The translations under genes and the position numbers were made by a program. The notes below the pieces were generated by a model, which was not told the DNA's origin, searched no databases, and saw nothing but the letters and a program-made list of their open reading frames with translations. A stretch of DNA of 64,000 nucleotides from positions 63,912 through 127,911 of IMG/VR virus record IMGVR_UViG_3300012940_000021. The stretch is one strand, 5' to 3'. Source of the stretch: a virus (lineage: Duplodnaviria; Heunggongvirae; Uroviricota; Caudoviricetes). Shown one piece after another: positions 33,553-42,492 of this stretch; the stretch's first letter is position 1; every line of letters starts with the position of its first letter.

Positions 33553-35481
33553 ATGAAGTTGAAGAAGATGTTGGCGGCGCTCTGTACGAGCGCGCTGATC
33601 GCAGGTGCTGCCGTCATCGGCATCGCCTCGGCGGCGCACGCCAGCGGGTCGGACAGCCCGACTCCGTACACGGTCGATGCCACCGGCATCACCCTGCCGA
33701 GTGGAGCGACCTTCCCGGACGGCGGTCACGTCAACATCAAGACGAGCGCCGGGGACAAGGGAATCCACTTCGAATCCCTCAACTGGCCCGACGACAACCC
33801 GAAGAAGTACTACATCGGCAAGTCGTTCATCCCGTGGAGCGCCTTCGGTCTGACCGGATGCTTCACGGTGACGTGGGTCCAGATCTCGATGTACAACGAG
33901 CACTTCGGTGATGGCGGGCAGTCGCCCATCCAGGTCGGAGACTGCGGCGAGGAGACCCCCAACAAGGTCTACGTCTGCAAGTACGTCGGGACCCCCGGCG
34001 TGAACGAGACCCTCCAGACGGGGAACAACCCCATCGAGGTCAGCGTGAACGCGATTCCGGGCTGGGACGGCACCACCATCCCGTTCCCCTTCGCGGATGC
34101 CCAGGGCAAGTCCGTGGTCATCGCGTTCTCGGATGGTCCCGGAGGAGGTCAGGGAGACGAGCCGGATCTGAGTGACTGTCCGACTCCCGAGGGTCCTCCG
34201 ACGGAGGAGCCGGAGTGCATCACCGCAGCCTGGCTCATGCCGGGTCCGTGGGTCGAGGGACAGGCCTCCTGGCCGCAGACGCTGATCGGCTTCGAGCCGC
34301 GTGCGTGTGGCGACCTGACCTGGCCGACGCCCGAGTGCGGGATCTCCATCCAGATCGACTCCTACAACGACAACGCCATCACGACGGCGCTCCTGACGCC
34401 GGGGAGGGTCCTCAACGGCCCGAACAACCCCCCGGAGTCGCTCTGGAGCGGATCTCCGGCGTGGCGGTTCGTCTACGGTGGGGATTGCCCGCCGCCCCCG
34501 GTGAACGAGTGCGTGGCCGGTGTCGGTGAGACCTTCACCAACGCCAACCCGATGATCGAGACCCCCGGTGCCAACCTCGGCACCTACACGGTCGAGTACG
34601 TCGAAGGCGCGGTCGAGCTGACGGTGGCTGACGGCAACTCGAAGATCAACCTCTCGTCGGGCAACCCCGGCTTCGCGCTCCACGACCTCGGTGTCCTCGA
34701 CATCCAGGCCACGGATCTGCACGACGCCTCGGACCCGTCGGGTGGCCTCGGACTGAACCTCTACGTCGATTTCGACAACGATGGTGATGTGGACGGCACG
34801 CTCGTCTACGAGGAGGTCTACGAGCAGGGTTCGGAGCAGGATCTCTGGCTGACCGGAGGCTCCGCGCAGTTCGTGAAGGACGCCGCGCCGGACACCAGTG
34901 GGGGCTTCGGCTCCGGCTGGCACGGCACGGCGAACGAGTGGCTGACGGAGTTCCCGGACGCTGAGGTCGTGGACTGGGCTGTCAACCTGGGTCGTTTCAC
35001 GGACTCGTCGTGGTCGCTGACTCAGGTCGGCATCAACTGCGCCGTGTTCGACTACGACCTGTACGTCGAGCCGGAGCCTGACCCCGAGGTCGTGACGCCG
35101 GAGGCCCCTGAGGCCACCGACGTGTGCGGCACCGAGGATGACGGCTACACGATCCCGGAGGACACCGAGGAGTTCGACTACTCGCTGTTCAACGACGACC
35201 GTGAGAGCGGCGTGGGCGAAGTGACGATCATCGCGGAGCCGAACGAGGGCTTCGAGGTCGCCACGCCTGGCGAGGGTGACACCTACGAGGTGGTGGAGGG
35301 CGTCGCGGTTTGGACGTTCGACTTCACCAACGAGGCGTGCCCGACCCCGACGCCGAAGCCCCCGGTGACCCAGGGGCTGGCCAACACCGGAGCTGAGATC
35401 GGGGCTGGCGTTCTCGCCGCCCTGGCCCTGCTGATCGGTGGCGGCGTCGCCCTGGGGATTCGCGCCCGCAAGAGTGCGTAG
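33553..35481 (+). CDS. secreted cell-wall-anchored surface protein (642 aa): signal peptide, Cys/Pro-rich central region, C-terminal LANTG sortase-type sorting signal + TM + basic tail
   Basis: MKLKKMLAALCTSALIAGAAVIGIASAAHA signal; C-terminus LANTGAEIGAGVLAALALLIGGGVALGIRARKSA. Confidence 0.7.
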   Translation: MKLKKMLAALCTSALIAGAAVIGIASAAHASGSDSPTPYTVDATGITLPSGATFPDGGHVNIKTSAGDKGIHFESLNWPDDNPKKYYIGKSFIPWSAFGLTGCFTVTWVQISMYNEHFGDGGQSPIQVGDCGEETPNKVYVCKYVGTPGVNETLQTGNNPIEVSVNAIPGWDGTTIPFPFADAQGKSVVIAFSDGPGGGQGDEPDLSDCPTPEGPPTEEPECITAAWLMPGPWVEGQASWPQTLIGFEPRACGDLTWPTPECGISIQIDSYNDNAITTALLTPGRVLNGPNNPPESLWSGSPAWRFVYGGDCPPPPVNECVAGVGETFTNANPMIETPGANLGTYTVEYVEGAVELTVADGNSKINLSSGNPGFALHDLGVLDIQATDLHDASDPSGGLGLNLYVDFDNDGDVDGTLVYEEVYEQGSEQDLWLTGGSAQFVKDAAPDTSGGFGSGWHGTANEWLTEFPDAEVVDWAVNLGRFTDSSWSLTQVGINCAVFDYDLYVEPEPDPEVVTPEAPEATDVCGTEDDGYTIPEDTEEFDYSLFNDDRESGVGEVTIIAEPNEGFEVATPGEGDTYEVVEGVAVWTFDFTNEACPTPTPKPPVTQGLANTGAEIGAGVLAALALLIGGGVALGIRARKSA

Positions 35482-35488
35482 TTCTACC

Positions 35489-35525
35489 CCTACCGAGAAG
35501 CCCCCTGGAGAGATCCGGGGGGCTT
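35489..35525 (+). terminator. stem-loop (AAGCCCCC...GGGGGGCTT) just after surface-protein gene
   Basis: seen in sequence. Confidence 0.5.
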
Positions 35526-35672
35526 CTTGGCGTGCGTGTCAATGTCCTCTGGACGGGGGACTTGTACCTGTAGTCTTCCTGGGAGTTGCGAAACCTCCGG
35601 CTCCTGCGGCGTCATAGTGGGGCTGGTCATCAGTCCCCTCGGTAGAACACAGGCCGACGCTGGGAGAGAAGA

Positions 35673-35954
35673 ATGGCCGATCTGACCGTCGAGAACATGT
35701 TCACCGAGCGGAGCTACGCCATCGAGGACCGGCTCCCCGTCGAGGCGCTCTCGGCGCTCGACCGCAAGCGGATGCTGGTCCACGTGCTGGCCGACATCAC
35801 TCAGAAGATTCTGAGCGCTCCAAGCGCCAACCCCGTGGGCCTCGCCATCACGGTCACTGTGGTGCCCGGCATCTGCCCTGAGCGCAAGCCGGATCTGCTG
35901 GTGACGGCGACGTGCCCTCAGTACGAGCTGGACGACTCGTTCTTCTCGCCCTGA
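35673..35954 (+). CDS. hypothetical protein (93 aa), last plus-strand gene of island
   Basis: SD GAGAGAAGA; complete ORF. Confidence 0.5.
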   Translation: MADLTVENMFTERSYAIEDRLPVEALSALDRKRMLVHVLADITQKILSAPSANPVGLAITVTVVPGICPERKPDLLVTATCPQYELDDSFFSP

Positions 35955-36181
35955 TCGAACAGCTCTGGAGCCAGTTCTTCGAGCGTGACGATCTCCACGT
36001 CATCTGGAGTACGCCCGTGCCGCTTGATGGCGATGTGGGCCGCGATGCCCACGCCAAGGAGCACAGCCGCGTAGGCTGCGCCGACGATCACGAATGCGAG
36101 CACCACGGCACCCCCTTTCGAGTCGGATAGTACGCCGAGAGGTTCCTGAGAACGCCCTCCCCCGAAAGGGTGTCACGAAAC

Positions 36182-36502
36182 TCAGTTGTCGAGGATGTGC
36201 TCGACCGCGAGCCACTTCTCCGTAGCGCTCGATCCCATGGTCCGCAGGGTGCGGATGGCGGCGAGCTTCAGCTCGGCCTGGTCTCGGTCCGGGAAGATCG
36301 CGTCCATGAGCGCCACGCGGTCGGAGTAGTACCGGTAGATGGTCGCCACCGAGCAGCCCGCGAGGGCCGCGACCCCATCGAAGTTGAAGCGGTCGCGGCC
36401 CACGTCCTCGTAGTGCTGTCGTGCAGCGGCCAGGATGGCCTCCACGCGGGCCTTGGCACGTCCCTGGACCGGAATGGCACGCAGGTTGGTATCGAGGCTC
36501 AT
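36182..36502 (-). CDS. TetR-family transcriptional regulator, short (106 aa)
   Basis: HTH signature GRDRFNFDGVAALAGCSVATIYRYYSDR; SD GAGAAGGAGAAGG. Confidence 0.7.
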   Translation of the reverse strand: MSLDTNLRAIPVQGRAKARVEAILAAARQHYEDVGRDRFNFDGVAALAGCSVATIYRYYSDRVALMDAIFPDRDQAELKLAAIRTLRTMGSSATEKWLAVEHILDN

Positions 36503-37125
36503 GCGGCCTTCTCCTTCTCGCTCGTCAGCCACTTCTGGACGAACTCCTGAGGGACCAACTGGCCCTCCCAGGCGTCGATCCCGACGTGGAGCTGGTTGGG
36601 GAACTCGAACTTCTCGTCGCTGTGGACGTGCCCGTGGACGAGTGGGAGGCCGAGGTTCGGCAGCCGGTACTGCTCGAAGCGCGGCTCCACGCGGTCGTAG
36701 GGCATGTACGGGAAGTGACTCAGCAGGAAGTCGATCCCGTTGAGCTTCCGCCGCAGGTACGGCTGGATGGTCTCGAAGTACTTCAGCCAGTGCGGCAGGA
36801 GCCGAGTCGAGCGCCGGTCCCACGGCCCGACCGGATCGTGGTTGCCCGCGATCAGGTGCTTGATGCCCGGACGCCGCTCGATCCAGTCGAGGGCGTGCTG
36901 CCCGCCGTTGATCGAGATGTCGCCCAGTACGAAGATCTGGTCGTCGTCGCGGAGCGTCGAGTCCCAGATGTCCGCGAGCCAGGCGTCGTGCGCCTCGGTA
37001 TCCGGCATGGCGACGGGACCGCCGAGCGGGTCGTCCGCCACGTTGTCCTCGTCGTAGAAGCCGCGAAGGCCCGCCACGAGGCGGTGACCGATGTGCAGGT
37101 CGCTGGTGTAGTAGATGCGGCTCAT
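36499..37125 (-). CDS. calcineurin-like metallophosphoesterase (208 aa)
   Basis: SDLHIGH, VLGDIS, GNHD, GHVH motifs. Confidence 0.8.
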   Translation of the reverse strand: MSRIYYTSDLHIGHRLVAGLRGFYDEDNVADDPLGGPVAMPDTEAHDAWLADIWDSTLRDDDQIFVLGDISINGGQHALDWIERRPGIKHLIAGNHDPVGPWDRRSTRLLPHWLKYFETIQPYLRRKLNGIDFLLSHFPYMPYDRVEPRFEQYRLPNLGLPLVHGHVHSDEKFEFPNQLHVGIDAWEGQLVPQEFVQKWLTSEKEKAA

Positions 37126-37535
37126 TTCGAGACCACCTTCACTTCGCGGGCGAATGCCTGGACCCACTCGGGGGCCTCGTGCAACTGGAGCCGACCGACG
37201 GAATCCATGAAGTCCCACGGGTTCGCCAGATCGACCTCGCAGGTGGCGGGAGCGTGCTCTGCGAAGAACTTCTCGTACCAGACCCGCCCCTCCCACCAGT
37301 TGTAGGTGTGGATGCGGATCGTCTGGGGCCAGAAGTTGTTGTCGCGCATCCACACGGCCACCCAGATGAAGGTCCAGCCCAGCGTGGCGTGCGCGTCGTA
37401 GTCGAACGAGACCACTTCGACGGTCTCGCCAGTCCGCTGAGCCTCTTTGAGCGCGAGGATGGCCTCCTCGACGGTCCACGCCTGACGGTCGTAGAACGAC
37501 GGGAGCGGGCGGTTGTCGTCAATCCAGAGCTTCAT
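37122..37535 (-). CDS. hypothetical protein (137 aa)
   Basis: GAGGAGG SD; ATGA coupling. Confidence 0.55.
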   Translation of the reverse strand: MKLWIDDNRPLPSFYDRQAWTVEEAILALKEAQRTGETVEVVSFDYDAHATLGWTFIWVAVWMRDNNFWPQTIRIHTYNWWEGRVWYEKFFAEHAPATCEVDLANPWDFMDSVGRLQLHEAPEWVQAFAREVKVVSK

Positions 37536-37548
37536 GATCCGCCTCCTC

Positions 37549-38352
37549 TCAGGCGTATCGGTATCGGTTGAAGTCGATGAGGATGTCCCAGGCTCGGGCA
37601 TCCCGGATCTCGGTGTCGAGCACGCCGAGCGAGAAGTTCATGTTGTCCTTGGCCAGGCCGAGGACCTGGCACTGGTGCCACTGCTCCCCGCGCTGGACGT
37701 TCAGGTGCTCGGTGACGAGGAAGTGGTAGTGCCCGTGCAGCAGAAGGCTCGGAGCGACCTCCTTGAAGGCCCTGGTGAGCAGCGCCCGTCCTTCGGCGGC
37801 GTACTCCAGGTCCTCCGGCGTGAAGCCGTTCGGGTTGCCCGCGATCCGGCGCTCGATCTCCTGGACGCCCCTGGGAGCGTCATGACAGACCATCACGTCG
37901 GCGTAGCCGCCGTCGATGACCTTCTGCACGTCCTCGTCGGTAATGGCCTCCTCCGGCCACCAGGACTTCGCCGCCGTCTTCAGCCGATAGGCCCGGTCCA
38001 CCGACGGAGCGCCGCCGAGAGCCACGAAGGACACCCCGTCCCACTCCCAGCGGTGGCCGCGAGGCGCGAGCAGGATGCGCTCGCGGAAGCGCTGCCAGCC
38101 GTCGTCCTGCACCGGCAGGGCGTTGATCTGGTCGTAGTCCTCATGGTTGCCGGGCACCACGTAGAGCTTCTGGTGGTAGTTCCGCAGCAGGATGTTGACC
38201 CGGTTCATCAGGCCGACGTTCTGCTCGCCGGGCCAGATGCCGAAGTCCCCGAGCTGGAGGATCGTGGTGACGCCCTCGCGGTTGAACTTGTTGAGGGCGT
38301 ACATCAGCCAGGCGTAGTTGGCATGCGTGTCGCCCAGGAGTCCGATCTTCAC
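37549..38352 (-). CDS. Ser/Thr-phosphatase-like metallophosphoesterase (267 aa)
   Basis: KIGLLGDTHANY, LQLGDFG, GNHED, GHYH motifs; GTG start in GTGA overlap. Confidence 0.75.
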   Translation of the reverse strand: MKIGLLGDTHANYAWLMYALNKFNREGVTTILQLGDFGIWPGEQNVGLMNRVNILLRNYHQKLYVVPGNHEDYDQINALPVQDDGWQRFRERILLAPRGHRWEWDGVSFVALGGAPSVDRAYRLKTAAKSWWPEEAITDEDVQKVIDGGYADVMVCHDAPRGVQEIERRIAGNPNGFTPEDLEYAAEGRALLTRAFKEVAPSLLLHGHYHFLVTEHLNVQRGEQWHQCQVLGLAKDNMNFSLGVLDTEIRDARAWDILIDFNRYRYA

Positions 38353-38630
38353 AGGTGCTTCCCCGCCTTCTCCGACACGTAGGCCCAGGTCAGGAACTTC
38401 TTCTGGCCCAGGGCCTGGAGCCGACGGAAGGCGTAGACGGTGCATTCGAGATCCCGGATGAGCTTCGCCGGGTCGGTGCAGTCGTCCATCCACACCACGT
38501 GCTCGCCCACCGTGACCTCCGCAACCCACGTCAGATCGACGCCGTGACCGCGCTCCGTGTAGAGCGCGCCCCGGACTGGGCCACTGGTCTTCTTGATGGG
38601 CATGTGTTCCTCTTTCTGACTATCGGTCAA
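38349..38630 (-). CDS. hypothetical protein (93 aa; alternative start MPIKK at 38603)
   Basis: first gene of operon downstream of TTGCAATTGC element. Confidence 0.5.
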   Translation of the reverse strand: MTDSQKEEHMPIKKTSGPVRGALYTERGHGVDLTWVAEVTVGEHVVWMDDCTDPAKLIRDLECTVYAFRRLQALGQKKFLTWAYVSEKAGKHL

Positions 38631-38637
38631 TCCTACC

Positions 38638-38658
38638 AGAAGATTGCAATTGCTACTA
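38638..38658 (-). promoter_or_regulatory. P3: TTGCAATTGC operator-like element / -35-like TTGCAA upstream of operon 38630->36182
   Basis: member of 5-site TTGCAATTG(T/A)CA family. Confidence 0.4.
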
Positions 38659-39183
38659 CTTCAGCCACGGGTTGCGCATCTGCTGGACCACGCCGATGAA
38701 GCCGTGCTCCCGGTCCTCCACGAAGAGCGGGGTCAGCATCGTCTTGGTGTCCTCGCCCACCTTGAAGATGACGGTCTCGACCTCGTAGGCCGACAGAAGA
38801 TCCGAGAGGTAGTGGTGGTTGACCACCCACTCCCGAGCCTTCCCGTTCCCGGCCCACTGGCACTCGATGACCTCCTGGCTGGCGTTCCCCGCCGCATCCT
38901 GCGCACGGACGGCGAGGGACCAGACGATCTGGTTCTGGGCGTCCCTCGGGCCGGGAACGAGGCGCAGAGCGATGGCGGCGGTGTCGGGGTCCGCGTTGAT
39001 GCGCACCCGCTTGACGGACTCGGCCAGCTCCAGTCGGTCCACGGTGAGTGAGAACGGATTCGAGAACGCCGCGCCGAAGATGAGGGTGTCCAGTTCTGGG
39101 AAGGGGATGAGCAGCCGCTGCGCGACAATGAAGTCCTCCCCGATTCTGAAAACGAGATGGATGTCGTCGTAGCCCATCTCCAT
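38656..39183 (-). CDS. dnaN: sliding clamp (DNA pol III beta-like) domain III portion (175 aa); same frame as 39220-39900, separated by one in-frame TAG
   Basis: beta-clamp domain III-like sequence; 36 nt (12 codons) in frame between the TAG and this ATG. Confidence 0.6.
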   Translation of the reverse strand: MEMGYDDIHLVFRIGEDFIVAQRLLIPFPELDTLIFGAAFSNPFSLTVDRLELAESVKRVRINADPDTAAIALRLVPGPRDAQNQIVWSLAVRAQDAAGNASQEVIECQWAGNGKAREWVVNHHYLSDLLSAYEVETVIFKVGEDTKTMLTPLFVEDREHGFIGVVQQMRNPWLK

Positions 39184-39219
39184 GAACTCGGCGTCGGTCT
39201 CGGTGAGCGCCTTCAGGAG

Positions 39220-39900
39220 CTAGTCGGTCACCTTCAGAGGGATCGAGACATCGGTGGTTGTAGCGACTACTCCTAGGTCGGCTCGGTGCAATCGCCCCCC
39301 ATCACACCCGGTAACGGTTTGGTTACGAACCTGGACCTGGGAGAGGGCGAGCCGGGCACTCGTGGACGCCGCCTTGCGGGCGATGCTCAGGGCATTCACG
39401 AATGGCCCGATGGCGACTGTCTGCAACTCGATGCCGCTCACGTCCAGGAGGGTGCTCAGCGAGTCCCCCACCGGAATCTGAACGGTCCACTGTGCCCGGC
39501 CCGACCGGATGATCGCCGCCGTGCCGATGACCTCGATTTTCGCGGTCGCGGACGGGGCGAGCTTCAGGATGTCTGAGATGCGCTTGGCGGGGACGAGAAC
39601 TGCCCCGGCCATGAGCACCGAGATGTCGTCCACGACCACGGAGACTGTCTGGTCGCCGTCGCTGGCGGTGATGCGCAGGTGCGCCGCCTGGGTGTTCGTA
39701 GTCTGGACGGCCTCCAGCAGCGCGTGAGCGGTGCCGGGGATGACCTCGCGCTGTGGGAGGACGGCGGCGGCACGCGAGAACAGGGCGAGGAGCTTCGACA
39801 CGCTCGCCTTGATGCTCAGCCTGGCATCGACGGGCAGGATCTCCGGGACGAACTCCGAGTCCTCGTGCTCCATCTCCACCAGCTCGGAGAGGTCAGGCAT
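39220..39900 (-). CDS. dnaN: sliding clamp domains I-II portion (226 aa) ending at in-frame amber codon
   Basis: LKLAPSATAKIEV...IRSGRAQWTVQIPVGD typical beta-clamp; stop TAG at 39220-39222. Confidence 0.65.
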   Translation of the reverse strand: MPDLSELVEMEHEDSEFVPEILPVDARLSIKASVSKLLALFSRAAAVLPQREVIPGTAHALLEAVQTTNTQAAHLRITASDGDQTVSVVVDDISVLMAGAVLVPAKRISDILKLAPSATAKIEVIGTAAIIRSGRAQWTVQIPVGDSLSTLLDVSGIELQTVAIGPFVNALSIARKAASTSARLALSQVQVRNQTVTGCDGGRLHRADLGVVATTTDVSIPLKVTD

Positions 39901-40267
39901 CCGGGATCGGGTCCCCCAGGTAGTCGAGCCGCTTCAGCTCCTTGCGGTAGACGTTGGCCCGATGGGTGAACGACTCGACGGCCTTCTCCAGGACCTTCCG
40001 CCACGGGATCAGGCCGGAGCCACCGTCGAACTCAACCGGCTCATTCCGGTCCACGAGCTTGACGAGGAGGGTCCGGCGCTCCGCCGTGGGCAGTTCGAGA
40101 ACGACGCCCCGCGTCCCGTAGGAGATGCCGTCCTGCTTGCCGTGCTCCCAGAGCACCTGCTGGCCGACGTAGTAGCGGTAGTGCTCTGCCGACCAGTGGT
40201 GCCGAGTGTTCCGACTCTGGTACGACTGCACGCCCTCCGGGACGGGGGCCTTGATCGTGGTGCTCAT
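39893..40267 (-). CDS. hypothetical protein (124 aa)
   Basis: ATGA coupling with upstream gene. Confidence 0.5.
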   Translation of the reverse strand: MSTTIKAPVPEGVQSYQSRNTRHHWSAEHYRYYVGQQVLWEHGKQDGISYGTRGVVLELPTAERRTLLVKLVDRNEPVEFDGGSGLIPWRKVLEKAVESFTHRANVYRKELKRLDYLGDPIPDA

Positions 40268-40506
40268 GCTCCTGCTTCCTCCAATGCCTTCTCGACCTCA
40301 GCGACGGCTGCATCCCGCTCGGCTTGCAGCTCGGTGAGCTTGGCGCGAGCCTCCTCCTTGGTCTTCACGCCGTAGTCAGCCAGCGTGGCGTTCGCCTGCG
40401 CGAGTCGCTCCTCGGCCTGGTCCTTCTCGACCTGGGCACGGGTCTTCCGGGCCGTCGCCTGGGAGATGGCTTGCCGCAGCTCGCGGATCTTGTCTTCGAC
40501 CGTCAT
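40264..40506 (-). CDS. hypothetical coiled-coil protein (80 aa)
   Basis: MTVEDKIRELRQAISQ...; ATGA coupling. Confidence 0.5.
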   Translation of the reverse strand: MTVEDKIRELRQAISQATARKTRAQVEKDQAEERLAQANATLADYGVKTKEEARAKLTELQAERDAAVAEVEKALEEAGA

Positions 40507-41054
40507 TCGAGTGCCTTTCGTGGAGTGAGCGTCTTGTCGATGAGGACGAGCCGTCCTGGAAGGCCCGAGTACGCGAGCGCCCTGGTGTCCTCCGCTCCGT
40601 AGGCCACCAGGCACGATGGAGCGCCCGAGTTGGCCTTCGCTGGCTCGAAGGTCAGGTCATCGAGGAACGTCAGCCGCCCCTTCAGGAAGAGCACTGAAGT
40701 CGCTCCCTCCCAGACGGTCTCGAAGAACATCTCGGTCTCGACCCGAGCGAAGATGAGCGCCGTCCCGTGACGGTGCTGCACCATCCTGCGCAGGAAGGGG
40801 TACGCCTCCTTGCCGTAGGGCGGGTTGCACCACACGCGGCCCTCCCAGGGCAGCTCCAGGCCGTCCTCGCCGTTCTCCAGCAGGAAAGTCCGGTCGGCCA
40901 GTTCCCACCCTGGAGCACCGCACGGGTCAAGATCGAAGTGCCCGAGGGACTCCACGAGGGGGCGCGGCGTCAGCCATCTGGTCTTGCGGATGTCGTTGCC
41001 CCCCAGGCCGTCGAGGAACCCCTTGAGCTTCGTGGGTTTCAGGTCCGTCGTCAC
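40503..41054 (-). CDS. DNA N6-adenine methyltransferase (phage Dam-like), 183 aa
   Basis: LDPC...WCNPPYG catalytic NPPY motif; GTG start with TAGGAG SD downstream of right-arm motif. Confidence 0.65.
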   Translation of the reverse strand: MTTDLKPTKLKGFLDGLGGNDIRKTRWLTPRPLVESLGHFDLDPCGAPGWELADRTFLLENGEDGLELPWEGRVWCNPPYGKEAYPFLRRMVQHRHGTALIFARVETEMFFETVWEGATSVLFLKGRLTFLDDLTFEPAKANSGAPSCLVAYGAEDTRALAYSGLPGRLVLIDKTLTPRKALE

Positions 41055-41065
41055 GTTGACTCCTA

Positions 41066-41083
41066 TTCAGAGAGTGATACGCC
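41066..41083 (-). promoter_or_regulatory. right-arm conserved motif (GGCGTATCACTCTCTGAA); its TGA is the stop of the Cas4-like gene
   Basis: 18-mer identical to copy at 42947-42964. Confidence 0.55.
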
Positions 41084-41939
41084 GCTGACCGTTGACCAGA
41101 ACAGGCTGGAACTTCGAGCAGGCGTGCTTGACCGGGCAGTAGCCGCAGAGGCTCGTGTCCTTACGGGGGGTCTTGTCGTCGCGCCAGATGTCGTTGGCCA
41201 TCCCGACGATGCGCGTCATGAGCTGCGCCCGGCTCTCTGGAGAGGGCGCGTAGGGGACAGTCGGACGCTTGCAGAGCGGCTGGAGCAGCCCGGTGCGGAT
41301 CGTCGGCTGACCGAACATCAGCTCCACGGCGAGGTCGTAGAAGCCGAGCTGGCCGATGGTCTTGCGCCAGTACGACTCGTCGCGGGTGTGCTTCACGTCC
41401 CAGACCCACCAGCGGCCCTTGTCGTCCCGGACGATGATGTCCATGAAGCCGATGAGCAGGACGGTCTCCATCCCGCCATCTGGATGTGGGATCGTCACGG
41501 GGGCCTGGAATCGGAAGTCCGGCTGGAACTCGTAGGGGATGACGTACTTCAGCAGGAGCGGCTCGATCTTCGTCACGGCCTCGATGCAGTCGCGGAGCAC
41601 CCGCTCGCGGTCCTGGCTGTCCTTCCAGCGCATCACGCCGGGAGGGACGCCCTTCTCTGGATCTCCCTCCAGAATCTTCTGCCGCTCGCGCTCCATGATG
41701 GTCTCGACCATCTGGGGCATGACGCCGCGCTCGTGCGAGCGCTCGTTGAGGAACTCCCGGACCACTCGGTCGGTGACGTTGCCGGGGAAGTAGTTCCGGG
41801 TGTTCTCCAGCGGGGCCTTCTTGCCGGTGCGCGTGAGGTAGCCCTTCTGCTTGCACTCCTCGTGCGTGCGAAGACCAGACCATGAGATGCGCAGGGTCAC
41901 GCGACCACACTCCTTGCAGACATCACGCCCGACAGCCAC
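41067..41939 (-). CDS. Cas4/RecB-family PD-(D/E)xK exonuclease with Cys cluster (290 aa)
   Basis: IVRDDKGRWWVWDVKHT nuclease core plus N-terminal Cys and C-terminal CGYCPVKHAC Fe-S-type cysteines. Confidence 0.6.
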   Translation of the reverse strand: MAVGRDVCKECGRVTLRISWSGLRTHEECKQKGYLTRTGKKAPLENTRNYFPGNVTDRVVREFLNERSHERGVMPQMVETIMERERQKILEGDPEKGVPPGVMRWKDSQDRERVLRDCIEAVTKIEPLLLKYVIPYEFQPDFRFQAPVTIPHPDGGMETVLLIGFMDIIVRDDKGRWWVWDVKHTRDESYWRKTIGQLGFYDLAVELMFGQPTIRTGLLQPLCKRPTVPYAPSPESRAQLMTRIVGMANDIWRDDKTPRKDTSLCGYCPVKHACSKFQPVLVNGQRRITL

Positions 41940-41943
41940 GGCT

Positions 41944-42492
41944 TCACGCGGCAGCCGGGAGGAGTGTGCGCCACTCCGACCAGTTCATGAGCCGACGCTG
42001 CGGGAGGCCCTGGTTGTAGGGCTGATCGAAGAGCACGTGCTCCCAGGTCGGGTCGGCCACGCCGTGGATCTCCGGCTTGTCGTCCACCAGGATGTCGCCC
42101 TGCACGAGGGTCTTGTCCTTCGTGATGATGACGCGCTCTCGCCACCCCTCTCCCAGGTGCTTGGCCACCCAGTCGAGCTTGTCCTGGGCGCAGGTGGGAT
42201 TCGTCAGCCACGGCGAGGTCACGATGAAGACCTCGTGCCCCTCGGCCTTGATGGCGCGCATGGCGTCGATCCAGCCGTCGATGGGGGTCAGCTCGGCGTA
42301 GAAGCCGGGGTGGTCCATGATCGCCTGGATGGCCTCGACCACGGCTGGAGGCTGGCCGTCGTAGAAGTTGAACGACATCCGCTCGTGCTTCAGAGGGATG
42401 CCGGGCACGTGCGCCCAGTTGGTCTGGATGTGCCAGTCGAAGTGGTTGTCCCACTCGCTGCCGACACCATCGAGGTCGGAGAGGAAGATCAC
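41944..42492 (-). CDS. 5'(3')-deoxyribonucleotidase, HAD superfamily NT5C-like (182 aa)
   Basis: MIFLSDLDGV HAD motif I, conserved family layout. Confidence 0.65.
   Translation of the reverse strand: MIFLSDLDGVGSEWDNHFDWHIQTNWAHVPGIPLKHERMSFNFYDGQPPAVVEAIQAIMDHPGFYAELTPIDGWIDAMRAIKAEGHEVFIVTSPWLTNPTCAQDKLDWVAKHLGEGWRERVIITKDKTLVQGDILVDDKPEIHGVADPTWEHVLFDQPYNQGLPQRRLMNWSEWRTLLPAAA

Noticed and set aside
37551-37566. GGCGTATCGGTATCGG on the plus strand resembling the right-arm motif
   Set aside because: Lacks the CAC extension, is in the opposite orientation to the flanking genes, and coincides with a gene end. Treated as a chance partial match.
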